64,000 nt of DNA, taken from NCBI GenBank assembly GCA_965637545.1, contig OZ281500.1:10354001-10418000 (forward strand), written 5' to 3'. Each line of letters starts with the position of its first letter. Position 1 is the first letter of the stretch. The notes beneath the pieces were generated by a model, which saw only the letters and a list, made by a program, of their open reading frames with translations, was not told the origin of the DNA and searched no databases. This stretch comes from Phallusia mammillata. Lineage: Eukaryota. Shown one piece after another: positions 39,001 through 49,974 of this stretch. Position numbers and translations under genes: made by a program.

Positions 39001-42000
39001 TAATCGATACGTGGCACAAGCTCCCACGACCGCGTTAAACATGAAAGACAATACAATTCTGTCTTCCACATAAGCACATTGGTATAATTGATCTTAGGTT
39101 GCGCTGTTCTATATTCTCACGCATCAACACAAAAGTCTTACCTTTGCATGTAGGCGAGGTGGTGGTGTTTAGCCTTTAGGAACACTGACCCCAATAATAA
39201 TTCCAATAATAGCCAAAATAACAATAACAAGAACAATGATGATGATTTTTTTCTGTTGATAAAATATAAATAAATTCTTCTGATTCCGTCACAAATATAC
39301 ATTGCAAAGTAAAAACAAAAGTCACATTATTATACATCAAACCTTTAATATTGCAACACAGCTGTTCAATAATTAACTACCTGTTACTGATGGATTTGAA
39401 CAGTCACTTACTGCATATTAAAAAACATATGAGTAAACCTATCTGTCACTTCTCTGCCACAAGCAACTGAACAACAGTTCTTACTGTAAACTACCTTGCC
39501 ACCTAACTGAATGTCTTAAAGTAAGATAACAGTGTGTTCTAATAGAAAGGAATCTTTCCGAAGTATAATTCATGGGTTTAATGCTAAAAACTTGCTAAAA
39601 AAACCTGGTTGGTACACAACAAGAAACAGCATCATCCAGTCAAACAATCGAAAAAATAAAACACACAACCAGCGTTACCCAAAAAACATTTCAGTCTAAT
39701 AAGTTAAAGCTAATCTCCTGCAGCAATCAAACTAGGCCTACCATATTTCCATCCCCCAAAAGGAGGACACATTGTAAAAAAATCATGAAAAAAATACTTT
39801 AAAGACCCCTAAAAAATAAAAGCCTAAAAAATTAAACGGTAAAATCAAAAGTTTAACATTTATTACAAGACTAAAATAAGCTTATATTTTCAATAAATGT
39901 AAAATCCACTTGTATTCTTTAAAAAATCAGCCGAAGATGCATATTTGGCTGTTTTTAAAAGCATAATTGTCACATATGTATTTGGTAAACCAGAAATTCT
40001 TTTAAAAGGAGGACATTTGGGCACTTTTTCTTGTTCTCGGAGGACAACTTGTTTTTTGTTAAAAAGGAGGACATGTCCTCCAAAAAGAGGACGTATGGTA
40101 GGCCTAATCAAACAAACCAAACAAAAACTTTTTTAAACATTTTTTGGTACTGAACAACCAGATTATTTTTTAGTGTACACGTTTGAAGATTATAAACCTC
40201 CCAAACTATGCACAGCATGTGTTTACAAAAATTTTTGAACTAAAAATTAGCCAACCTTTTTCTAAATGAGTCACAAAACCAAGGTTACAAAGGCTAACTT
40301 TAACATTGCTGTTGGGAATACAAAAAAAAAAAAACAGATTAGCACTTTTGCTCCAATTTACATGACCTACAGATTTTAAACAATGTTTAAGTACAGGTTT
40401 AGAATATTTTCTAGGTACTGCTTTCAAACAATGTGGGAAAAAACCGGGAAAAACCAGGAAAAGCCAGTTGATCCTACTTAGTCCAAACAATCCTTGTTTG
40501 CCAAAGATGAAAATCATTTGAAGCTTTTTAACACACAGAATCAACTTTAGACACTAAAAACCGGATTTTGAATTGGTACAAAGTGATAAAAGACAGCATG
40601 CACACAGCACAAGCAGGCAGACATAGTGAACATGACAAGTGGTTACCACAGACACAAACAGGCCTACCACACATCGACAGTGCAAGATGACACAGACATA
40701 TAGCGTGCTGTCTTACCCTTCTTGCTTTGCTTTGGTACTTGACAGCTTTCTTGGTATCTGACACTGCACGCTCGACATAGCCGACTGAGTGTTCAACATT
40801 GTACTCTATTCTGTCGATCATTTCGCCCTTTTTGGGCACAACAAACATACAAAAAAACATTAGAAACTTCGTACCTTGCGCGCTTTGCTTTGATATAAAA
40901 CAGCCTTTTTAGTTTCTTGTTTGGCAGTTTCTATGTAACCCTGGGCATTGGTGACATTGTATTCAATCTGGTTTACCATTTCACCCTAAAATAAAAAAAT
41001 GTGATTAGTTATTTGTTAAATATGAAGGTTTTGTAACACTGTGTACATTAAATTGTAAAATTCTGTAGATGCCATTGACATTACAGCTGAAGATTTTACT
41101 GTTAAAATATATATACATTATTTATAAATGAAAGTAAACAAACACAATCACATTTGCAGACGACACCAAACACAAAGTACTTTATATTTTACTTTTAAAC
41201 TCAGCATGCATTGTGGGCTTAATCAAATTAATGATGAGTATTTAACCAACAATATGATAATAATTGTCATTGGTTTGAATTGACAATTTTATTCCACAAG
41301 AATTTACTGACAACATCAAAATACCACATTTGATTTACCTTAAAACATACTGTCGGTACAACAGCATGTATTGTGTTTCGTCGCCACATGTTATGCATTT
41401 TAAAACACAAAAATCAAGTTAAACACTGGTTTGGACATTGAAAAACCGACTAATGTTTTGGAGCATGTCGAAAGACAAATTAACAGCAAAGCAACTTGGG
41501 TTTTTAAATTTTCCAAGTGAATAAAACTTATGAACAAAAAGTAACACTAAGTTGCAAAACAAAACAAAGCAAAAAAAGGTATGTATCCAAAAAAGGATAC
41601 ATAGTAAAAATAACATTTAAAATCTTAACAAAAAAGGAAATAAATGAAAACATTGAAAAAACATAGTAGTTTGGTAAGCAGACATTTTTTATAAAAGTAT
41701 TTAAAGAAGTCATAGAGTTGTTTTAGCAAAATACTCAACAGTCTTATATATATATGTTCTTTAACATAGTGGGATTTGATGAATGTATTACAGTAAGGCA
41801 ACAAAAGAAAAACGAAAATAGTTTACCTGCTGTTCAACTAACATGGCCATGTCCATAAACATGTCATGTAATTCACGGATACTGCTTTCAAGTTTAATGA
41901 TGTCATTGTGTCTTGCTTCAATATCATTAAGAGCCTGTTTTGTTTGCTGAGTGTCCATGATAATCTGCAAATATGTATTGTTTTTACCAAGTCTTGCCAA

Positions 42001-45000
42001 TTTTTATGAAAAGGTCAAGGGTCACCAATAAAAAGGTTAAAAATAAACAACCAATTTTACCATGTACATGTTAGACTCATTCCCTATCATGCACATTACC
42101 ATGTTTATCATGTTGCATCAGAAGCATATGGAGAGCAATATGAATGACACCCCACAATACCACTGATTACAAATCAGACAATGTATTATATCATTTCCTA
42201 TTTTGCGGCATGGAACACAGCACAAGTAACTGTCGAAAGTATGACTAACCGATGATGTGAAAATGGCAGGACTGCCATCTTTACTGTTTTCCAGCATGTC
42301 CTCAAGTTCATTGTCAGACACCTGACGTCCAGTAATTTCAAGCTGCCTCTGTATTCTGGCTTTGCATCTTTCTCGGTAGTCATTTTGTGTTGTGTTATAC
42401 TCTGTCATCACAGCAATAAACTTCCGCGACAAAGTGGAGTGCTAAAAGTTGTTAGAACTATTTAGTCACCTTCAAGTCAAAACACATTTTAACTTTATTA
42501 TTACTTTTATCAAATATCTATATTGCATAATGGTGTTTGTTATTATATTGCAAGTCCCAGAAAGTCTACCTTGTTAGATAGAAATATACATTAGAAAATT
42601 TTAAATGTAAATGATGGCAAGCATATAGTGCACATATTTGAAGCAAAATGTCTTGTAAGCAAATAGTTGGAAATCCCAGACAAAATCACAAATGGAAAAC
42701 ATAAATATTTCTTGCACTGTTGCCCACATCGATTTTGTCAGGTACTTTGTATGTAAATTATTTGCTGAAGACTTGTTTCACCTGTGTTTTCTGTATTCTT
42801 TCATCAGCTTGTGGTAGGTTGGGATTTTCTTCAAAGTCTTTCTGGATTAATTTTAGCTTTGCCCTTACTTTGTTGGCATTTTGTTTGATATCAGCCATGC
42901 ATGCTTCCATTTCTTCTTTGGTTTCTGTAAGTGCACCATGACATTAGAAAATCCTTTTTGAGTATGTGTATTACACAGTAAAAGGTCAATAGATATTTAT
43001 AGTATTTTGCCTGGTTAGTTAATAAAAAAGTCAAACAATTTTAGTTGGTTGGTAAAGTAAAACAAACTGCAATCATGCTATGTAGGACAGAAAGTATGTA
43101 TTGATTAGTTTGAATTACTTTTGGCAGGGCAAAATTGGAACAAGACAGTTGGCCTAAAAAGCTTTTTCAAGGACAATAGTCATAGTTTGCCCTACTTGCA
43201 GCAGTCATAAATAATTCACTGGTCATGGTAAGTCTGGGTGCAGAAGATACGCTGCCGCCCATAAAACCACAAAGCATATGTTGCAAGAGTTTTGGTGTAA
43301 TGCTGTACCTTGGACAGATAAAATGTTGCCTGCTTTGCATCAAAATATTTCTTGTATTTGGGTTTACCGAAGGGCGTGTGCTTATTTACAGTGGGTTTAG
43401 AATAGATCTTCCATTCCTTATCATTCCACGGCGTTTGTTCAAGTCGCCAAGCATTTAGCTTTCAAATCATGTCCAAAAGGCGCAACTGAACCCGCCCGTT
43501 CTGATAATATTTGCATCAGGCGCAAAGAGAACTAGAGAGGATAAAAGAAACAAACGAAGAGGGAGCGACTGCTTACGCGTAGAGGATAATCGGTAAACAT
43601 ACGATAATACGTCACAATGAAGAAGGCCGATTGGAAAGGTATATAAGCGCCGTGGACAGAAAAGGGCGGAGAATACTTTGGCTGTCACAATTACTTTGAG
43701 CGCATTTAAACATAAATTTTTCACGTTTAAAAAAACAAAATATGATAAGCGGACGATAATAGACCAAAGTCAAAGTTGCTAAGTATTTTGTAGTTGGCCA
43801 AATGTTGCGTCCGTTTTCCTTAATGTTCAAAAAAACAACAGACGCGAAAAATCAATATAACCACCATAGAAACCACGCGAAAAGATCCATACACTTCCCA
43901 TAGCAGGCAGATATTGCACCGCACCAGTTTAATGGTGACTTGTAATTTCCCTTTAGTCAATACACGGGGCCCAGGCACAAGAGGCACAGGGGAATAAAGT
44001 CACTACCAGAATAAAAAAGGGAGGTAATTAAAGTTAATGAGAACAGGGCCACAATGAAATTCAGTGCAAATGCAACGAATAAAATATTAATGTTCTAATA
44101 GAAATTAAAGTTAATTTTATATCATGTAGCCAACATTAAATTATTTCTGAAAGTATGAGTGTAAATTAGAAACATGGTGAAAAAGTTATGGCATATTGAT
44201 TGTAAATCAACTCAGTTTGTTTAAAGGCACTGTTTGAAAGCATAGTAAAATTTTTTTATACTAGCGGCACATCAATAAACTATTTAGCCAAGAAAAATGT
44301 AACTTACTGTCATCAGCTTGAGGTGCTGACAGTATATCACTCTGTTTAACTTTCACTTCTTGAACTTTGGTTGAAATTGTGTCGATGTAGCTACGAATTT
44401 CATCCACCTATCAAACAATGTATTCAAAATGACAAAAATTGTACTTTTCCAAACAAACAGTTATGTAGGATTCATAAGGACATTTGATAGACAAATATTC
44501 ATTAATAAGGACGGTGACACATGAAATGTAACAAACTGATACATTTCTTGTGTGTGGTTGTGTATAGATCATGTGAGAAATATATTGCTATTAATCCAAC
44601 ATACACACCCTGTTAATAAGCCTTCTGTTATTATTATTATTATTATTATTTTATGTAAAGAGCATAAACAATTCACTTTTGACTAACCAGCAGAGCACTC
44701 AACCATTACCTGGATGAAAAAATCTTTCATGTTATCAGGTTCAACAGTGACAGAAACAGCATCATCATCTTCATCATCTATTGTCCCACTTCTCCCCTAA
44801 AACAGAATCTTCACTTTAACACCATAGATTTACACATTTAATTAATACGTAGTAAATCAAAATTGCCCAAAAGTCCATAAACTAAAATGCAGAAGTTAGG
44901 AGATGTTAGTAATATGGCAAATAACATAATTAAAAATTTCCCTTGCAGAACTAAAAATTCTATTATAAGACATTAGATTTTCAAACAATTGCACACCTAA

Positions 45001-45721
45001 CCAGCAAGGAGTGTTTTCTTACAAAAATTGCATGTAAAAGTTGCTCTAAATTATCACCATGACAAGATAAACAATTTGTTATAAAATTGTTAAATTTGTA
45101 GCAGAGTAGATTTTAATTATATATTGTCTAAACCAGGGATGTCCAACAAGTGGCATGGATGCCAAAAGTGGCACGCAGAGCATTTGAAAATGGCACACAG
45201 GCTATTGAAAATTCAGATGGTAAACATTAGGATTTGTCCCGCAATTAAATTTGTTTCTGTTGATTCTTCTTGGCTTTTATTCTAACTTCAGTAAAGATTA
45301 CCAGTAGTAAAGTTACACAACCCACTAATTAATTTGTTTGTTTGTTGTTTGCAAAACTTAAGACCCATTGCAAACTATTTGTATCTTGTGTCGCTTAAAC
45401 ATAATAAAAGGTTTTTGGAGTATCATAAACTGAGCCTGTATCGTCAAGACGTTTAAGAAAGGGTTTGGAAAAAGTACCAAACATTGGCACGCGAAAGTAT
45501 TTTAAAACTAAATTTGGCATGGCGGTGTTTGAGTTGGGCACCACTGGTTTAATCCATTTTTGAGTGATATGTATGTTTTTAAACAAAAATAAAATACAAT
45601 CCTCCTCCTTAAAATACAGAAAAGGTTAACGCAGGAAGTGTAATAACTCATTAAAAAAAACAAAATAAAAAAGGTACATTTCAATACTTACAGTTTTCAA
45701 ATCTGCTAGGCGATCCCTCAT
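32655..45721 (-). CDS. STX1A: Syntaxin-1-like plasma-membrane Qa-SNARE with alternative C-terminal exons
   Basis: Exons 45692-45721 ([10 protein letters not shown]), 44710-44796, 44308-44407, 42782-42924, 42250-42441 (HSTLSRKF...QRQLEITGR), 41827-41964 ([32 protein letters not shown]), then 40875-40985 or 40717-40827 ([13 protein letters not shown]...[11 protein letters not shown]), then a TM exon at 39169-39252, 33300-33389 or 32655-32732. Phases are consistent. Confidence 0.95.
33300..33389 (-). CDS. Syntaxin transmembrane exon B ([29 protein letters not shown])
   Basis: TTTTTTACAG acceptor, phase 0; KK + hydrophobic helix + TAA. Confidence 0.85.
   Translation of the reverse strand, partial: KKICLVILCAILVVVIVIIAVVVAVTQTS
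37754..37877. mobile_element. Old degenerate hAT-type MITE remnant, 124 bp
   Basis: CAGTGGTTTTCAACC / GGTCAAGAGCCGCTG imperfect TIR; flanks GTTTAGAA / GTTTAAGA. Confidence 0.5.
39169..39252 (-). CDS. Syntaxin transmembrane exon A ([27 protein letters not shown])
   Basis: CAACAG acceptor, phase 0; Cys-free hydrophobic helix; TAA at 39169-39171; AAG|GTAAGA donor 27 nt after the stop (exon boundary 39142). Confidence 0.88.
   Translation of the reverse strand, partial: KKIIIIVLVIVILAIIGIIIGVSVPKG
39733..40106. mobile_element. hAT (Blackjack-like termini) MITE, 374 bp, in a syntaxin intron
   Basis: 13-bp TIR TAGGCCTACCATA / TATGGTAGGCCTA; ATCAAAC duplicated on both flanks; repeated GGAGGAC subterminal motif. 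Confidence 0.82.
40717..40827 (-). CDS. Syntaxin SNARE C-half exon, copy B (canonical STX1-type)
   Basis: 111 nt, phase 0-0, [37 protein letters not shown]; weak CCCAAAAAG acceptor, GTAAGA donor. Confidence 0.92.
40875..40985 (-). CDS. Syntaxin SNARE C-half exon, copy A (divergent)
   Basis: 111 nt, phase 0-0, [37 protein letters not shown]; TTTTAG acceptor, GTACGA donor. Confidence 0.9.
45134..45546. mobile_element. Internally deleted copy of the hAT MITE family at 50182-51132, in syntaxin intron 1
   Basis: Ends CAGGGATGTCCAAC / GTTGGGCACCACTG; shares GCCAAAAGTGGCACGCAGAGCATTTGAAAATGGCAC and right-end sequence with the 50182 copy; flanks GTCTAAAC / GTTTAATC. Confidence 0.8.
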
Positions 45722-46892
45722 CTTTGTTTGTTGCTGTTTAATCCACTTGATAAGGTGATGTCAATTGTTAATATCCAAAGCAAGGTCTCTTAGCACAAAC
45801 TACTTTATTGCACACAACACAATGCGGTCTGTATCAATGTCTTTAGTCCATCAGAAAAAAATAAATACATATGGCATACCAAAACTCTGCAAGTAAACAA
45901 TTATTTGATGATTGTTATTTTTAAATAAAACTCAAGTCATAAATCCCCTTTTCAAAACATATAATAAGAAACAATATAAATTTAAATAATTTTTTTTTCC
46001 ACTCTTAACTAGCGATAAGGGGTTAATTTTGGTTTAGGTTGATCTGCCAAGAAAAGTAGCCACAAACAAAGTTGTAATTCATAATTTCAGAACATTATCA
46101 GAATGAATAGCCATGTAAAGCAACGTTTTAGATAAATATATATCACAAAACAATTGTAAAAAAGCAAACAAAAGTAAATTTACTTTTACCCTTTCAATAG
46201 ACAAGTGTGTGCAAAGGTTAATCTTTATATGTCTGATAATAATGCAAGACTACCAAGTGGTGATCAATTCCCAACAAACCTGGCGAATCGCTTCATCGAC
46301 GTTACTTCCCACTTGCGAAAAAAATTGCTGTTACGTCTTGTAGTTGTACTGTGCCGAACTAATAATAAAACAAAACGCTATGACTTATGAGCAATGATCT
46401 GAAGAGGGTGTACTTCGGAATAAACTTTGGGTGTACCATACCGTACTGACAGTGACAAGTGGAACTGGCTGGCACAAAAGTTTCAAAAACACCAAAATGT
46501 TACCACAATGTGTAAGGTACCACAACCAATAAATCAAACATGACAACTACGGTACCTTTACTATTATTAGTACAACAATTATTACTTATGTATATTAGTA
46601 TTTGTATCAACACATTAAATTTATTATATATATTAGAGAATTAGTGTCCTAATGCTGACAGACAGAAGATTTACTCTTTGTCCCAGTTGGTGTACACAAT
46701 CCGAATGCACGAATACAGGTTGAATCAGTGATTCTCAACCGCGGCTCTCAGGGCCGCATGCGGTTCCCAACTACTCATTTTGCGACCCTCACTAGACCTT
46801 ACAAAATCAGTAAAGATTATTATTACCATAAAAGCTATACAATTGTTACATCGCCATTGTAGCCTACATATTATTATGTTTCCCGCCAGTAG

Positions 46893-47569
46893 CAGGGTTG
46901 CCATATTGGCTTTTTTGACGCCAGATTCTTCGAAACTGGCTTTTTTTATTACTGTTTGTTTGGCTTACAAAATTTTGTTTGGCTTTTTTTTCGGCTGGGG
47001 AATATCAGACTATTATTGAAGAGCAGTAGGCCTACCGAAAATTGCCCTTTATTGATTGGAAAGAACAAAAACAATTTAAAGAAAATGGGATACCCCAAGA
47101 CACAAGGCAGTTTTGGAAGGGAGTAATGCAGCATCCACAATTTAAAGAACTTGCTACATTTGCTCTTACTTGCCTTATAACACCTATAAGCAATGCCGTA
47201 GTGGAGAGGGTGTTCTCTCTATTAACTTGCATAAAAACTAAAGCAAGAAATAGACTTCAGCTGTCTCCATTGGAAGCAACAATTAGAATCAGAGCAGAAC
47301 TCTTGACTTCTAATAAGTGCTGTAAGGAATTTGTTCCTTCAACCAAAATGTTGAGTAGATTCAAAGCTGACATTTTATATTCTAAGAAATTCTCTACTGA
47401 GTCTGTCAACAATGAAGAGGACAACCTTTTTGAAGAAGAAATTTTTATGTAATTTATGTGTAACTTGTGATTAAATTGTAATTTTGTGGTTAGTAAAATT
47501 ATTTGGCTTTTTTGGCTTTTATTTTTTCTCATCTTGGCTTTATTTGATCACTGGGATCTGGCAACCCTG
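46893..47569 (+). mobile_element. Internally deleted hAT element, 677 bp, retaining the transposase 3' end
   Basis: TIR CAGGGTTGCCA / TGGCAACCCTG; perfect TSD GCCAGTAG at 46885-46892 and 47570-47577; repeated TGGCTTT subterminal motifs. Confidence 0.93.
47042..47452 (+). pseudogene. hAT transposase C-terminal dimerisation-domain fragment
   Basis: FWK....PQFKELATFALTCLITPISNAVVERVFSLL..IKTKARNRL matches the hAT dimerisation motif (P.S....ER.FS...RNRL); no N-terminal part. Confidence 0.88.
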
Positions 47570-48166
47570 GCCAGTAGCCTTAACTCACTTGTATGGCGCA
47601 ATGCTTCTAACGTCTGAACATTGCGCAGCTATTTCCGGCCTGGTGGATATTTTAGCGCAACTGTGCTGCTACGATTTTGCCCGGCGAAATAAACTCAACT
47701 CATGTTGTGCAACCTGGTGACATTATCTATCACACCATCGGTGCTTATGATGTCACAACCTTGGCATTGTTTTACTGAAGTCACGTCTTGTAAGCGTGGC
47801 TGGCTCGTGTTTATTATTAGCGACTAGATGTTATAGAGCAGGGGTCACCAAACTTTTTTCACTGCGGGCCGGATAACTTTAATAATGATTCACGCAGGCC
47901 GCATAGTTCACATGCCCTAGCGCCGTCTTTCCAAACTTAGCCCGCGAGGCGATTTTGTAGGGGCACCAAGATATGGTCTTTCTACAATTCCATTTTATGT
48001 CTGGTGATGCGACAGTTAAACTGTCTTGTTTGTCTCATCTTACGAGCAATGGTTGTATATTACGTCACAAGTAGCAAAAGAAGGCAATGGGGCAGTTAAG
48101 GGTCGAAATTTCCGCATGGTGTCGCCACACAACAGTTATAGTTGTCATAACGGCACAAACGCGCGC

Positions 48167-48272
48167 CTGGCGAGCTTGACCCATATACAGACATAAAAAA
48201 CCTGATCGGGATTCGTCCCCGGGAGTGTCCTGGGTTCGAACCCCGTGAAAAAAAAAAAAAGAAAAAAAAAAA
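48167..48272 (+). mobile_element. Short tRNA-like retroposon (simple SINE or retroposed tRNA-like copy) with poly(A) tail
   Basis: 81-nt body with B-box GGGTTCGAACCC near its 3' end, A13-G-A11 tail, perfect 10-bp TSD AAACGCGCGC at 48157-48166 and 48273-48282. Confidence 0.72.
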
Positions 48273-48328
48273 AAACGCGCGCAAGTTTAGAAGCCTCAAC
48301 ACAACTCCACTCCTTCATATTTTTGAAA

Positions 48329-49580
48329 ATGGATTATTCTAAATGGACAACATACAGACTCAAATCTGAGTTAAATAAAAGATGTGCCAAAACAACTGGC
48401 AAGAAAGAGGATTTAATTTTAAGATGCGTTGTATTTCTGTGTTTTTTTGCAACAGCTTCTTGTTTTTTTTCTCTGCATAACTACTTGTACACCAGGCTTT
48501 TGATAGGAATGACAACTTCACTTGGGCTGTGAGCTTGATGGAGAATGTAGGCAGCAGCTCTGAGTTACGGTGGCCCAAAGTAGATACTCAAATAACCAGC
48601 TTGGATCAAATACCACACACAACTGAGGAACAAGTGAAAGTTTATTTTCATTTCAAGTCCACATGTGACAAAAACAGTGATGTGAAGGTTATTGTGAAAG
48701 GACGCCTAGTCTGAAATGTTTATCTGAGTTTTATTTAGGTGGCATTGTACATGCTTCACTGAAAAAAAAATGTTATATATAATGTCAAAATGAAACTTGA
48801 AAACAGTGGAGAAATTGTAAATTCAGAATGTGAGTGTGCAGCAGGAAGAGGACATGTTGCTACATGCAAACATCTAGCAGCCATAGCTCTTATGGTTTCC
48901 AAATTTCACATCACAGGAGAGCTATCTGTTAAGAAAACTTGTCCAGATCAGCTTCAAACGTTTCACCACCCTGCAAAACAATTAAAAAGGAATCACTCAC
49001 TTTATTTATTACATGTACTGTATAGTGGTGACTTGTAAACCTTGTTTTCTACAAATTAGAAAATTGAATGAAACACAACTGAACAAAGTAAGTGCAAGGA
49101 ATGTTAACCAATGAAAGTTTTGCATAACAGCACCAAATTTAGGGATATTATTTTGGCAACTGAAAGAAGAAATATGCAAAACTATGTGACTCTAAGTTTG
49201 CACTGTCCACAGAAGCAATATGCCATAGCAAAATGTATGAAAAAAGGGCACTTACTTTGTTCAGCAAAACAAAAAATATTCACTAGAGTCCAGCAGGTCT
49301 GTTTATTGACAACCAACAGCCATACCTTGCTGTAACACCAGATGGAAAGGCAGATGAAACTGGTTTGGTTTAGATTAAATGTCCATGGTGAAAAGTTGAA
49401 ATTATTACCGAAGGTGCAAACTTTCCATATCTGAATTTGTGAGTGACAGTCTTCAATTAAAAAAGATCATAAATACTACTTTCAGATTCAAGGACAAATG
49501 GGCATTGCTAATGAGCAGTACTGCTACTTTATGGTGTATACATTTAAAGATGTATTTGTGCAGAAAAAATTTGAATGGGT
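48329..49580 (+). pseudogene. Degenerate SAP + SWIM + YqaJ (lambda-exonuclease-like) gene of the ISL2EU-type element
   Basis: MDYSKWTTYRLKSELNKRCAKTTGKKEDLILR (SAP), ECECAAGRGHVATCKHL (SWIM CxC..CxH), TPDG...IKCP and KYYFQIQGQMGI (YqaJ motifs); stops and frameshifts. Confidence 0.8.
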
Positions 49581-49974
49581 CATTGGTTTAAGTAATTATA
49601 TACTAAATGTTTTGTTAACATAAGAAATACATTATCATGTACTTTTTGGGCTCTTGATTTACATTTAAAATCTTTTTTAACCCACCTTTATTGTTTTTGT
49701 TGCCATTTGATAGAATAATGTAAGAAACAAACCACAAAAAACTATTCACAGAGACCAAGTTTGTTGGTAATCATAATTACTGTCAAAAATACACACACCT
49801 AAATAAAATAAAAACATGGATGTTTTAATGCAAAAGCCAGATAGTCCTACAGACAACCTATAAACAAAACACATTATCCTGGACAGAACTGCCATAACCT
49901 AACTGACATACACAAAAAAATGTAAGCCTAACATTTGTCCACATAAAACAAACAAAAATAAGTTTATTTGACAG

